From Yuukianura sp. NJ FZ-2021 (Eukaryota), in assembly GCA_046563655.1 (NCBI GenBank), contig CM102287.1, forward strand, positions 62,001-126,000: DNA of 64,000 nucleotides. The letters run 5' to 3'. The position numbers were made by a program, and so were the translations under genes. Below, piece after piece: positions 1 through 14,001 of this stretch; within the stretch, counting starts at the first letter, position 1, and each line of letters opens with the position of its first letter. The notes under the pieces were generated by a model. It worked only from the letters and a program-made list of their open reading frames with translations. It did not search any database and was not told the origin of the DNA.

Positions 1-3000
1 TCCATTGCCGTCTGAGTCATTGTGATTCATAGTGTCAAAATGAGTACTGGTTGGTATCTGTAGTGAGGACGAGCTTGTCATTTCACCGGCACTTCTACTT
101 TGTGCTCAAAGATGAAGGCTGACAACAAGTGGTTTTACCGTGTGTAATAGTCGTTGATGCACTACGACAAAGTGGACCGGTATTAGATGCGTTCCATGAA
201 GATGGTTAGAAGCGCTAACAAGGCATAAATTCCATTTTTCAGTATGTTTAAAACTTCGTTGTATAGTTCGCACATTAGTTTATACCAAAATGACAGTTAG
301 ATTTATGCACTTGTTGCATAGTGGAGTTGGGCTAAAATATAATTCCAGATTATTGTTGAACACCAGTTATTCAGTTGTGCTTTATTGGAAGTGCAAGGTG
401 GTAGTATGACATAAAAAATTATTTCCTAAAAATTCTAATCAAGATAACAAATAATGCGGAATGTTTCATTTTGATTTAGACAATGTAATAATGGGATTTC
501 CCCTGAAGTTCCATTGCCGTCTGAGTCATTGTGATTCATAGTGTCAAAATGAGTACTGGTTGGTATCTGTAGTGAGGACGAGCTTGTCATTTCACCGGCA
601 CTTTTCCTTTGTGCTCAAAGATGAAGGCTGACAACAAGTGGTTCACCGTGTGTAATAGTCGTTGATGCACTACGACAAAGTGGACCGGTATTAGATGCGT
701 TCCATGAAGATGGTTAGAAGCGTTAACAAGGCATAAATTCCATTTTTCAGTATGTTTAAAACTTCGTTGTATAGTTCGCACATTAGTTTATACCAAAATG
801 ACAGTTAGATTTATGCACTTGTTGCATAGTGGAGTTGGGCTAAAATATAATTCCAGATTATTGTTGAACACCAGTTATTCAGTTGTGCTTTATTGGAAGT
901 GCAAGGTGGTAGTATGACATAAAAAATTATTTCCTAAAAATTCTAATCAAGATAACAAATAATGCGGAATGTTTCATTTTGATTTAGACAATGTAATAAT
1001 GGGATTTCCCTGAAGTTCCATTGCCCTCTGAGTCATTGTGATTCATAGTGTCAAAATGAGTACTGGTTGGTATCTGTAGTGAGGACGAGCTTGTCATTTC
1101 ACCGGCACTTCTCCTTTGTGCTCAAAGATGAAGGCTGACAACAAGTGGTTCACCGTGTGTAATAGTCGTTGATGCACTACGACAAAGTGGACCGGTATTA
1201 GATGCGTTCCATGAAGATGGTTAGAAGCGTTAACAAGGCATAAATTCCATTTTTCAGTATGTTTAAAACTTCGTTGTATAGTTCGCACATTAGTTTATAC
1301 CAAAATGACAGTTAGATTTATGCACTTGTTGCATAGTGGAGTTGGGCTAAAATATAATTCCAGATTATTGTTGAACACCAGTTATTCAGGTGTGCTTTAT
1401 TGGAAGTGCAGGGTGGTTGTACGACATAAAAAATTATTTCCTAAAAATTCTAATCAAGATAACAAATAATGCGGAATGTTTCATTTTGATTTAGACAATG
1501 TAATAATGGGATTTCCCTGAAGTTCCATTGCCGTCTGAGTCATTGTGATTCATAGTGTCAAAATGAGTACTGGTTGGTATCTGTAGTGAGGACGAGCTTG
1601 TCATTTCACCGGCACTTCTCCTTTGTGCTCAAAGATGAAGGCTGACAACAAGTGGTTCACCGTGTGTAATAGTCGTTGATGCACTACGACAAAGTGGACC
1701 GGTATTAGATGCGTTCCATGAAGATGGTTAGAAGCGATAACAAGGCATAAATTCCATTTTTCAGTATGTTTAAAACTTCGTTGTATAGTTCGCACATTAG
1801 TTTATACCAAAATGACAGTTAGATTTATGCACTTGTTGCATAGTGGAGTTGGGCTAAAATATAATTCCAGATTATTGTTGAACACCAGTTATTCAGGTGT
1901 GCTTTATTGGAAGTGCAGGGTGGTTGTACGACATAAAAAATTATTTCCTAAAAATTCTAATCAAGATAACAAATAATGCGGAATGTTTCATTTTGATTTA
2001 GACAATGTAATAATGGGATTTCCCCTGAAGTTCCATTGCCGTCTGAGTCATTGTGATTCATAGTGTCAAAATGAGTACTGGTTGGTATCTGTAGTGAGGA
2101 CGAGCTTGTCATTTCACCGGCACTTCTACTTTGTGCTCAAAGATGAAGGCTGACAACAAGTGGTTTACCGTGTGTAATAGTCGTTGATGCACTACGACAA
2201 AGTGGACCGGTATTAGATGCGTTCCATGAAGATGGTTAGAAGCGCTAACAAGGCATAAATTCCATTTTTCAGTATGTTTAAAACTTCGTTGTATAGTTCC
2301 CACATTAGTTTATACCAAAATGACAGTTAGATTTATGCACTTGTTGCATAGTGGAGTTGGGCTAAAATATAATTCCAGATTATTGTTGAACACCAGTTAT
2401 TCAGTTGTGCTTTATTGGAAGTGCAAGGTGGTAGTATGACATAAAAAATTATTTCCTAAAAATTCTAATCAAGATAACAAATAATGCGGAATGTTTCATT
2501 TTGATTTAGACAATGTAATAATGGGATTTCCCCTGAAGTTCCATTGCCGTCTGAGTCATTGTGATTCATAGTGTCAAAATGAGTACTGGTTGGTATCTGT
2601 AGTGAGGACGAGCTTGTCATTTCACCGGCACTTCTCCTTTGTGCTCAAAGATGAAGGCTGACAACAAGTGGTTTACCGTGTGTAATAGTCGTTGATGCAC
2701 TACGACAAAGTGGACCGGTATTAGATGCGTTCCATGAAGATGGTTAGAAGCGTTAACAAGGCATAAATTCCATTTTTCAGTATGTTTAAAACTTCGTTGT
2801 ATAGTTCGCACATTAGTTTATACCAAAATGACAGTTAGATTTATGCACTTGTTGCATAGTGGAGTTGGGCTAAAATATAATTCCAGATTATTGTTGAACA
2901 CCAGTTATTCAGGTGTGCTTTATTGGAAGTGCAAGGGTGGTTGTACGACATAAAAAATTATTTCCTAAAAATTCTAATCAAGATAACAAATAATGCGGAA

Positions 3001-6000
3001 TGTTTCATTTTGATTTAGACAATGTAATAATGGGATTTCCCCTGAAGTTCCATTGCCGTCTGAGTCATTGTGATTCATAGTGTCAAAATGAGTACTGGTT
3101 GGTATCTGTAGTGAGGACGAGCTTGTCATTTCACCGGCACTTCTACTTTGTGCTCAAAGATGAAGGCTGACAACAAGTGGTTTACCGTGTGTAATAGTCG
3201 TTGATGCACTACGACAAAGTGGACCGGTATTAGATGCGTTCCATGAAGATGGTTAGAAGCGCTAACAAGGCATAAATTCCATTTTTCAGTATGTTTAAAA
3301 CTTCGTTGTATAGTTCGCACATTAGTTTATACCAAAATGACAGTTAGATTTATGCACTTGTTGCATAGTGGAGTTGGGCTAAAATATAATTCCAGATTAT
3401 TGTTGAACACCAGTTATTCAGGTGTGCTTTATTGGAAGTGCAGGGTGGTTGTACGACATAAAAAATTATTTCCTAAAAATTCTAATCAAGATAACAAATA
3501 ATGCGGAATGTTTCATTTTGATTTAGACAATGTAATAATGGGATTTCCCCTGAAGTTCCATTGCCGTCTGAGTCATTGTGATTCATAGTGTCAAAATGAG
3601 TACTGGTTGGTATCTGTAGTGAGGACGAGCTTGTCATTTCACCGGCACTTCTCCTTTGTGCTCAAAGATGAAGGCGGACAACAAGTGGTTCACTGTGTGT
3701 AATAGTCGTTGATGCACTACGACAAAGTGGACCGGTATTAGATCCGTTCCATGAAGATGGTTAGAAGCAATAACAAGGCATAAATTCCAATTTTCAGTAT
3801 GTTTAAAACTTCGTTGTATAGTTCGCACATTAGTTTATACCAAAATGACAGTTAGATTTATGCACTTGTTGCATAGTGGAGTTGGGCTAAAATATAATTC
3901 CAGATTATTGTTGAACACCAGTTATTCAGGTGTGCTTTATTGGAAGTGCAGGGTGGTTGTACGACATAAAAAATTATTTCCTAAAAATTCTAATCAAGAT
4001 AACAAATAATGCGGAATGTTTCATTTTGATTTAGACAATGTAATAATGGGATTTCCCCTGAAGTTCCATTGCCGTCTGAGTCATTGTGATTCATAGTGTC
4101 AAAATGAGTACTGGTTGGTATCTGTAGTGAGGACGAGCTTGTCATTTCACCGGCACTTCTCCTTTGTGCTCAAAGATGAAGGCTGACAACAAGTGGTTTA
4201 CCGTGTGTAATAGTCGTTGATGCACTACGACAAAGTGGACCGGTATTAGATGCGTTCCATGAAGATGGTTAGAAGCGTTAACAAGGCAAGGCATAAATTC
4301 CATTTTTCAGTATGTTTAAAACTTCGTTGTATAGTTCGCACATTAGTTTATACCAAAATGACAGTTAGATTTATGCACTTGTTGCATAGTGGAGTTGGGC
4401 TAAAATATAATTCCAGATTATTGTTGAACACCAGTTATTCAGGTGTGCTTTATTGGAAGTGCAGGGTGGTTGTACGACATAAAAAATTATTTCCTAAAAA
4501 TTCTAATCAAGATAACAAATAATGCGGAATGTTTCATTTTGATTTAGACAATGTAATAATGGGATTTCCCTGAAGTTCCATTGCCGTCTGAGTCATTGTG
4601 ATTCATAGTGTCAAAATGAGTACTGGTTGGTATCTGTAGTGAGGACGAGCTTGTCATTTCACCGGCACTTCTACTTTGTGCTCAAAGATGAAGGCTGACA
4701 ACAAGTGGTTTACCGTGTGTAATAGTCGTTGATGCACTACGACAAAGTGGACCGGTATTAGATGCGTTCCATGAAGATGGTTAGAAGCGCTAACAAGGCA
4801 TAAATTCCATTTTTCAGTATGTTTAAAACTTCGTTGTATAGTTCGCACATTAGTTTATACCAAAATGACAGTTAGATTTATGCACTTGTTGCATAGTGGA
4901 GTTGGGCTAAAATATAATTCCAGATTATTGTTGAACACCAGTTATTCAGTTGTGCTTTATTGGAAGTGCAAGGTGGTAGTATGACATAAAAAATTATTTC
5001 CTAAAAATTCTAATCAAGATAACAAATAATGCGGAATGTTTCATTTTGATTTAGACAATGTAATAATGGGATTTCCCTGAAGTTCCATTGCCGTCTGAGT
5101 CATTGTGATTCATATTGTCAAAATGAGTACTGGTTGGTATCTGTAGTGAGGACGAGCTTGTCATTTCACGGCACTTCTCCTTTGTGCTCAAAGATGAAGG
5201 CGGACAACAAGTGGTTCACTGTGTGTAATAGTCGTTGATGCACTACGACAAAGTGGACCGGTATTAGATGCGTTCCATGAAGATGGTTAGAAGCAATAAC
5301 AAGGCATAAATTCCAATTTTCAGTATGTTTAAAACTTCGTTGTATAGTTCGCACATTAGTTTATACCAAAATGACAGTTAGATTTATGCACTTGTTGCAT
5401 AGTGGAGTTGGGCTAAAATATAATTCCAGATTATTGTTGAACACCAGTTATTCAGGTGTGCTTTATTGGAAGTGCAGGGTGGTTGTACGACATAAAAAAT
5501 TATTTCCTAAAAATTCTAATCAAGATAACAAATAATGCGGAATGTTTCATTTTGATTTAGACAATGTAATAATGGGATTTCCCTGAAGTTCCATTGCCGT
5601 CTGAGTCATTGTGATTCATAGTGTCAAAATGAGTATTGGTTGGTATCTGTAGTGAGGACGAGCTTGTCATTTCACCGGCACTTCTACCTTTGTGCTCAAA
5701 GATGAAGGCTGACAACAAGTGGTTTACCGTGTGTAATAGTCGTTGATGCACTACGACAAAGTGGACCGGTATTAGATGCGTTCCATGAAGATGGTTAGAA
5801 GCGATAACAAGGCATAAATTCCATTTTTCAGTATGTTTAAAACTTCGTTGTATAGTTCGCACATTAGTTTATACCAAAATGACAGTTAGATTTATGCACT
5901 TGTTGCATAGTGGAGTTGGGCTAAAATATAATTCCAGATTATTGTTGAACACCAGTTATTCAGTTGTGCTTTATTGGAAGTGCAAGGTGGTAGTATGACA

Positions 6001-9000
6001 TAAAAAATTATTTCCTAAAAATTCTAATCAAGATAACAAATAATGCGGAATGTTTCATTTTGATTTAGACAATGTAATAATGGGATTTCCCCTGAAGTTC
6101 CATTGCCGTCTGAGTCATTGTGATTCATAGTGTCAAAATGAGTATTGGTTGGTATCTGTAGTGAGGACGAGCTTGTCATTTCACCGGCACTTCTCCTTTG
6201 TGCTCAAAGATGAAGGCTGACAACAAGTGGTTCACTGTGTGTAATAGTCGTTGATGCACTACGACAAAGTGGACCGGTATTAGATGCGTTCCATGAAGAT
6301 GGTTAGAAGCAATAACAAGGCATAAATTCCAATTTTCAGTATGTTTAAAACTTCGTTGTATAGTTCCCACATTAGTTTATACCAAAATGACAGTTAGATT
6401 TATGCACTTGTTGCATAGTGGAGTTGGGCTAAAATATAATTCCAGATTATTGTTGAACACCAGTTATTCAGGTGTGCTTTATTGGAAGTGCAGGGTGGTT
6501 GTACGACATAAAAAATTATTTCCTAAAAATTCTAATCAAGATAACAAATAATGCGGAATGTTTCATTTTGATTTAGACAATGTAATAATGGGATTTCCCC
6601 TGAAGTTCCATTGCCGTCTGAGTCATTGTGATTCATAGTGTCAAAATGAGTACTGGTTGGTATCTGTAGTGAGGACGAGCTTGTCATTTCACCGGCACTT
6701 CTCCTTTGTGCTCAAAGATGAATGCTGACAACAAGTGGTTTACCGTGTGTAATAGTCGTTGATGCACTACGACAAAGTGGACCGGTATTAGATGCGTTCC
6801 ATGAAGATGGTTAGAACGCAATAACAAGGCATAAATTCCAATTTTCAGTATGTTTAAAACTTCGTTGTATAGTTCCCACATTAGTTTATACCAAAATGAC
6901 AGTTAGATTTATGCACTTGTTGCATAGTCGAGTTGGGGTAAAATATAATTCCAGATTATTGTTGAACACCAGTTATTCAGTTGTGCTTTATTGGAAGTGC
7001 AAGGTGGTAGTATGACATAAAAATTATTTCCTAAAAATTCTAATCAAGATAACAAATAATGCGGAATGTTTCATTTTGATTTAGACAATGTAATAATGGG
7101 ATTTCCCCTGAAGTTCCATTGCCGTCTGAGTCATTGTGATTCATAGTGTCAAAATGAGTACTGGTTGGTATCTGTAGTGAGGACGAGCTTGTCATTTCAC
7201 CGGCACTTCTCCTTTGTGCTCAAAGATGAATGCTGACAACAAGTGGTTTACCGTGTGTAATAGTCGTTGATGCACTACGACAAAGTGGACCGGTATTAGA
7301 TGCGTTCCATGAAGATGGTTAGAAGCAATAACAAGGCATAAATTCCAATTTTCAGTATGTTTAAAACTTCGTTGTATAGTTCCCACATTAGTTTATACCA
7401 AAATGACAGTTAGATTTATGCACTTGTTGCATAGTGGAGTTGGGCTAAAATATAATTCCAGATTATTGTTGAACACCAGTTATTCAGGTGTGCTTTATTG
7501 GAAGTGCAGGGTGGTTGTACGACATAAAAAATTATTTCCTAAAAATTCTAATCAAGATAACAAATAATGCGGAATGTTTCATTTTGATTTAGACAATGTA
7601 ATAATGGGATTTCCCCTGAAGTTCCATTGCCGTCTGAGTCATTGTGATTCATAGTGTCAAAATGAGTACTGGTTGGTATCTGTACTGAGGACGAGCTTGT
7701 CATTTCACCGGCACTTCTCCTTTGTGCTCAAAGATGAAGGCTGACAACAAGTGGTTTACCGTGTGTAATAGTCGTTGATGCACTACGACAAAGTGGACCG
7801 GTATTAGATGCGTTCCATGAAGATGGTTAGAAGCGTTAACAAGGCATAAATTCCATTTTTCAGTATGTTTAAAACTTCGTTGTATAGTTCGCACATTAGT
7901 TTATACCAAAATGACAGTTAGATTTATGCACTTGTTGCATAGTGGAGTTGGGCTAAAATATAATTCCAGATTATTGTTGAACACCAGTTATTCAGGTGTG
8001 CTTTATTGGAAGTGCAGGGTGGTTGTACGACATAAAAAATTATTTCCTAAAAATTCTAATCAAGATAACAAATAATGCGGAATGTTTCATTTTGATTTAG
8101 ACAATGTAATAATGGGATTTCCCCTGAAGTTCCATTGCCGTCTGAGTCATTGTGATTCATAGTGTCAAAATGAGTACTGGTTGGTATCTGTAGTGAGGAC
8201 GAGCTTGTCATTTCACCGGCACTTCTCCTTTGTGCTCAAAGATGAAGGCTGACAACAAGTGGTTTACCGTGTGTAATAGTCGTTGATGCACTACGACAAA
8301 GTGGACCGGTATTAGATGCGTTCCATGAAGATGGTTAGAAGCGTTAACACAAGGCATAAATTCCATTTTTCAGTATGTTTAAAACTTCGTTGTATAGTTC
8401 CCACATTAGTTTATACCAAAATGACAGTTAGATTTATGCACTTGTTGCATAGTGGAGTTGGGCTAAAATATAATTCCAGATTATTGTTGAACACCAGTTA
8501 TTCAGGTGTGCTTTATTGGAAGTGCAGGGTGGTTGTACGACATAAAAAATTATTTCCTAAAAATTCTAATCAAGATAACAAATAATGCGGAATGTTTCAT
8601 TTTGATTTAGACAATGTAATAATGGGATTTCCCCTGAAGTTCCATTGCCGTCTGAGTCATTGTGATTCATAGTGTCAAAATGAGTACTGGTTGGTATCTG
8701 TAGTGAGGACGAGCTTGTCATTTCACCGGCACTTCTCCTTTGTGCTCAAAGATGAAGGCTGACAACAAGTGGTTTACCGTGTGTAATAGTCGTTGATGCA
8801 CTACGACAAAGTGGACCGGTATTAGATGCGTTCCATGAAGATGGTTAGAAGCGTTAACAAGGCATAAATTCCATTTTTCAGTATGTTTAAAACTTCGTTG
8901 TATAGTTCCCACATTAGTTTATACCAAAATGACAGTTAGATTTATGCACTTGTTGCATAGTGGAGTTGGGCTAAAATATAATTCCAGATTATTGTTGAAC

Positions 9001-10702
9001 ACCAGTTATTCAGGTGTGCTTTATTGGAAGTGCAGGGTGGTTGTACGACATAAAAAATTATTTCCTAAAAATTCTAATCAAGATAACAAATAATGCGGAA
9101 TGTTTCATTTTGATTTAGACAATGTAATAATGGGATTTCCCCTGAAGTTCCATTGCCGTCTGAGTCATTGTGATTCATAGTGTCAAAATGAGTACTGGTT
9201 GGTATCTGTAGTGAGGACGAGCTTGTCATTTCACCGGCACTTCTACTTTGTGCTCAAAGATGAAGGCTGACAACAAGTGGTTTACCGTGTGTAATAGTCG
9301 TTGATGCACTACGACAAAGTGGACCGGTATTAGATGCGTTCCATGAAGATGGTTAGAAGCGCTAACAAGGCATAAATTCCATTTTTCAGTATGTTTAAAA
9401 CTTCGTTGTATAGTTCGCACATTAGTTTATACCAAAATGACAGTTAGATTTATGCACTTGTTGCATAGTGGAGTTGGGCTAAAATATAATTCCAGATTAT
9501 TGTTGAACACCAGTTATTCAGTTGTGCTTTATTGGAAGTGCAAGGTGGTAGTATGACATAAAAAATTATTTCCTAAAAATTCTAATCAAGATAACAAATA
9601 ATGCGGAATGTTTCATTTTGATTTAGACAATGTAATAATGGGATTTCCTCCTGAAGTTCCATTGCCGTCTGAGTCATTGTGATTCATAGTGTCAAAATGA
9701 GTATTGGTTGGTATCTGTAGTGAGGACGAGCTTGTCATTTCACCGGCACTTCTCCTTTGTGCTCAAAGATGAAGGCTGACAACAAGTGGTTCACTGTGTG
9801 TAATAGTCGTTGATGCACTACGACAAAGTGGACCGGTATTAGATGCGTTCCATGAAGATGGTTAGAAGCAATAACAAGGCATAAATTCCAATTTTCAGTA
9901 TGTTTAAAACTTCGTTGTATAGTTCCCACATTAGTTTATACCAAAATGACAGTTAGATTTATGCACTTGTTGCATAGTGGAGTTGGGCTAAAATATAATT
10001 CCAGATTATTGTTGAACACCAGTTATTCAGGTGTGCTTTATTGGAAGTGCAGGGTGGTTGTACGACATAAAAAATTATTTCCTAAAAATTCTAATCAAGA
10101 TAACAAATAATGCGGAATGTTTCATTTTGATTTAGACAATGTAATAATGGGATTTCCCCTGAAGTTCCATTGCCGTCTGAGTCATTGTGATTCATAGTGT
10201 CAAAATGAGTACTGGTTGGTATCTGTAGTGAGGACGAGCTTGTCATTTCACCGGCACTTCTCCTTTGTGCTCAAAGATGAATGCTGACAACAAGTGGTTT
10301 ACCGTGTGTAATAGTCGTTGATGCACTACGACAAAGTGGACCGGTATTAGATGCGTTCCATGAAGATGGTTAGACGCAATAACAAGGCATAAATTCCAAT
10401 TTTCAGTATGTTTAAAACTTCGTTGTATAGTTCCCACATTAGTTTATACCAAAATGACAGTTAGATTTATGCACTTGTTGCATAGTCGAGTTGGGGTAAA
10501 ATATAATTCCAGATTATTGTTGAACACCAGTTTTTCAGTTGTGCTTTATTGGAAGTGCAAGGTGGTAGTATGACATAAAAAATTATTTCCTAAAAATTCT
10601 AATCAAGATAACAAATAATGCGGAATGTTTCATTTTGATTTAGACAATGTAATAATGGGATTTCCCCTGAAGTTCCATTGCCGTCTGAGTCATTGTGATT
10701 CA
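1..10702. repeat. Satellite array, ~508-bp monomer, ~21 near-identical copies, continuing off the left edge
   Basis: The same sequence (TCCATTGCCGTCTGAGTCATTGTGATTCATAG...) recurs every 507-509 nt and stops abruptly at ...GTGATTCA (10702). Confidence 0.98.
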
Positions 10703-11108
10703 AGTAGAGGCTAGGATCGGATGTTTACCTCATTTATTTTTAGAACACCCACGGGGGCTAGTCGGGCGCAATATTGGGGAGGGAAAACCCCTCAAAAAAT
10801 ACATAATGACAAAATCTCAACATCTAAAATGACAAAATGTCAAAAATGTCAACAACAAAAAGGCCGACATCAAAAAGGTCGACAACAAAAAAGTCAAAAC
10901 ACAAGTATTGGAATTTTTCATAGAAAATTCGAAAAGTTCTTTTCAAAACAACTTTTCACAAGAAAAAACGTTTTTTGAAAATTTTTTAAAAATTCATTCA
11001 AGCATTGTTTCGAGGGCTACTTAAACTGAACTCTGAATCTAGAAATCATCAGTTCTGAACTTAGTAGTGGAAATTACAATATTCCTACTCCATAGCCATT
11101 CTCAAAAG

Positions 11109-11678
11109 ATGGAAGAGGTAAAGCATGAAATTGCTCTCCGAGTAAGAGGTATTCCATGGGAAAGGCGTCCAGAAAAGTGTCCTGGATTTTATATAACTCC
11201 AATTTGTTCGCAAAACTCGTCAGCGTTTAAAACTCACGAAGAGTACAAAGCGCTTCCAGTTACTCGTGTTTGTGATCACAGCCGATGCAACTACAGTGGC
11301 GAATACGATTACATGATTGAAAAACTGTTTGGAGACGGAGTGTTTAAATCAGCTGATTTGCAAGAAATTATGGACGAAGTTTCACGGCTCCGAAAATTTA
11401 AAAAGTATTATTGCAAATACATGCAATGTTCTGGATTCATTTTACGAAAGGGGAAGAAAGCAACAGCCGACCCACATTCCCTAGTTCCTGGTTATGACTT
11501 TTCCAGAAGCAAAGAAGCTCCTTATACCTTACCATGCAACGGCTGGAACTGTGATACAACGGCGTTTGCAAAGTACATTATCATTGCGGCTTTAGCCCGT
11601 GGATATTTGCTCCAACTTATTCTCTGCGAAACAATCCACTCATCATCCTGGAAAAAGTGGGGTGGACGGCAATGCTGA
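11109..11678 (+). CDS. Polinton accessory protein, unknown function (Cys-containing)
   Basis: ~189-aa ORF from ATG 11109, with a TATA-like TACTTAAA and TCAGT initiator upstream; no family recognised. Confidence 0.5.
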   Translation: MEEVKHEIALRVRGIPWERRPEKCPGFYITPICSQNSSAFKTHEEYKALPVTRVCDHSRCNYSGEYDYMIEKLFGDGVFKSADLQEIMDEVSRLRKFKKYYCKYMQCSGFILRKGKKATADPHSLVPGYDFSRSKEAPYTLPCNGWNCDTTAFAKYIIIAALARGYLLQLILCETIHSSSWKKWGGRQC

Positions 11679-11875
11679 ATGCAACTCCTCATGAAGCACA
11701 TAAAGAATTTATTCAAAATTCAGAAAACTGGCTTGCAAAACAATGGGAGTTTCTGTGGAGCCCTGACGTTCTCTACACTGCGCGTCAACAACGAATATCT
11801 CATTTTGCTTGAAGTTTATTTCGAGAATGTCGTTTTGAAGTCGGGTGAACTTTTAACCCTTTTTCTATAATTTGG

Positions 11876-12067
11876 AAAAGGATCGTTTCTGATGAAAATC
11901 GTTTCGAGTTGTTCGTTTAATCCTTTTTTCCAAGGAACTTTAAGTCGTTGGAATTGTTAAAAATAGAAAAAAGGGGCGTTTCTGTTGAAAAACGTTTCGA
12001 GTTGTTCGTTTAATCCTTTTTCCAAGAAATTTAAGTTGTCGGAATTGCTAAAAATAGAAAAAAGGGT
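11876..12067. repeat. Two-copy ~95-bp imperfect tandem duplication
   Basis: CGTTTCTG.TGAAAA.CGTTTCGAGTTGTTCGTTTAATCCTTTTT...AAAATAGAAAAAAGGG occurs twice. Confidence 0.8.
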
Positions 12068-12183
12068 CAAACTTCTACCTGAAAATTTGAGATAAAAAGG
12101 CCGTTCGACTGCTCAACAAACCATCAGTCTCATCACAGCTTCAGTCGGAACTTCTTCTCAAAAACTACTCCTCAAACACTACA

Positions 12184-12606
12184 ATGGTTGAAGCATACGC
12201 TGCAGGATTCGTAAGCAAGACTCTTGAAGATCGGGTCAAATGCTGGTGGAAGCTGGAAGATGGAGAATACAAAGTCATTATCAAGAAGGATCGCTACTAC
12301 ACTACAATTGAGATGAAGGAAATTCCATTTCTCGTCTCAAAGCTGATTCTCTTCTTTCTGTCTACGGGCCATCCAATGAGTGAGCTGCCAAACTTTGAAC
12401 TATTGCTGCTAGATTGCAAGGAGCGTTACGAGGATAAGCGTCAACCAGAAAAGAAACCGAAGATGGACATTGTGGCTGAAGCGATGAGCAAAGCTGTCTG
12501 GAACCGAAAATCTCCGTCACTGAAACCTCGTCTGAATACTATCCCCGAAGAAGACTATGACGAAGTTGATACACAAAAATACTGGATTGAAGACACAAAA
12601 TTTTAA
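12184..12606 (+). CDS. Polinton accessory protein, unknown function
   Basis: 140-aa ORF with GATAAAA and TCAGT upstream and AATAAA downstream (~12696). Confidence 0.6.
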   Translation: MVEAYAAGFVSKTLEDRVKCWWKLEDGEYKVIIKKDRYYTTIEMKEIPFLVSKLILFFLSTGHPMSELPNFELLLLDCKERYEDKRQPEKKPKMDIVAEAMSKAVWNRKSPSLKPRLNTIPEEDYDEVDTQKYWIEDTKF

Positions 12607-12750
12607 GCCATTTTAGAAAGACATTTTGAAAGCTATTTATACTTTAGAAATATTTAAAAATTTTTACAAATTTTGTTAGTTTTAAGAATTGTGAAATAAA
12701 ATTTTTGACTCGAATCGAAATGGTATTTAAACGCTCGTCCTTCATTCTGA

Positions 12751-13479
12751 ATGTTCAGTCTAAAACTAGCAGCCATGGGAGACTTTTACGTGACTCTCCA
12801 GAGTGATTCTTCCTCAAATCATTATCCAGAAAACACAATTACAAATTTCAGAAATCATTTTGCCGAACCAATTCGATTAGATGGTGTAAAATACGAGGTG
12901 GCGTTAGTAGAGTGTACATATGTTCATCACGAGTATATGCTGCACAAGGAAGGGTGGCTTCGACAAGTTGGTAGCGGGTCAATCTTTGATTTGCTCAGCA
13001 TTTCCTCAGAAGACGCTGCATTGGTTCGGACAGCAGACGATCTTGCTAAACGTGTATCAGATAATTTCGTACAAATTGAAATTAGAAATTCGAGAGCCAG
13101 ATTTGTCAAGAAACCTGCCAAATCCTTTGTAAGGTTTAATGAAGAGGCTACTAAAATTCTTGGATATGATGAAGGAAAACAGAGTTTCGAGTATGAAGTT
13201 TTTGAGCCGAGTGGTCATACACAACTTTTCATTTACTGCAGTATAATTGAAAACCAACGTGTTGGAGGCGACCTTGCTCCACTGCTGAGAAAAATTTCAA
13301 ATACGGGAGATCACAAAAAGGTCGTGACACGCTCATTTCAACATCTCCAATACATAGACGTTGTATTTGACGATATTGACCATATATGGATGTACATCAT
13401 GACTGAATCTGGTGATCCACCAGCATTTACAGTCGGAACTTTTTCGGCAACTCTCCACTTTCGACGTAAGCGATACTGA
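12751..13479 (+). CDS. Minor capsid protein (penton, PX); start probably Met at 12775
   Basis: FYVTLQSDSS..YPENTITNF, YEVALVE and LFIYCSIIE..VG...APLLR motifs typical of Polinton mCP. Confidence 0.88.
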   Translation: MFSLKLAAMGDFYVTLQSDSSSNHYPENTITNFRNHFAEPIRLDGVKYEVALVECTYVHHEYMLHKEGWLRQVGSGSIFDLLSISSEDAALVRTADDLAKRVSDNFVQIEIRNSRARFVKKPAKSFVRFNEEATKILGYDEGKQSFEYEVFEPSGHTQLFIYCSIIENQRVGGDLAPLLRKISNTGDHKKVVTRSFQHLQYIDVVFDDIDHIWMYIMTESGDPPAFTVGTFSATLHFRRKRY

Positions 13480-13545
13480 GGGGTATAAAACCAGCACCAA
13501 CAAAAAATTTGCAATCATTAACTCTTCAAACGTCCAACTGTCAAC

Positions 13546-14001
13546 ATGTACAAGTGCAACTTGAGCGAGGAAGATTTTTTCAGAATTTACAATCCCCAGC
13601 GAGGAGGGGCTGTTGGATCAGACGGAGCTGTATTTTTTAAAGCCAATCAGTTTCGTCAGCGTGGTCATGGAATTGGCGGAATCTTTGGCTCAATTTTTCG
13701 AAAAGTTTTGCCATACGTAGCCAAATTTTTAATGCCTCATGCTAAAACTGCCGTCGCTGGTATAGCTTCTGATGTGATTGGAGGAAAAAAGTCTGTCAAG
13801 GAAGCTATTTCTGAACACGGCTCGACCGCCTTGAAAGGAGTACTTAAAGGCGTCACAGACGGTATTCTTTCTACTCAGTCTGGATCTGGACGTTCAAGGA
13901 AGAGGAAGCTAAACCAAACTATTGTCTCTAAGAAAAGGAAGCTAAACCAAACTATTGTCTCTAAGAAAAAGAAGCCAAGGAATATATTTGAAGAACAATG
14001 A
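13546..14001 (+). CDS. Virion core / membrane-active protein (cupiennin-like)
   Basis: QRGG, QRGHG-IGGIFGSIFRKVLP amphipathic helix, QSGSG followed by a basic tail with a 33-nt duplicated KRKLNQTIVSK. Confidence 0.75.
   Translation: MYKCNLSEEDFFRIYNPQRGGAVGSDGAVFFKANQFRQRGHGIGGIFGSIFRKVLPYVAKFLMPHAKTAVAGIASDVIGGKKSVKEAISEHGSTALKGVLKGVTDGILSTQSGSGRSRKRKLNQTIVSKKRKLNQTIVSKKKKPRNIFEEQ

Noticed and set aside
587..10437. Repeated 64-aa ORFs (and 89-90-aa + strand ORFs) as a tandem gene family
   Set aside because: They are by-products of the satellite: mostly non-ATG starts, no recognisable domain, and frames broken by indels in several units.
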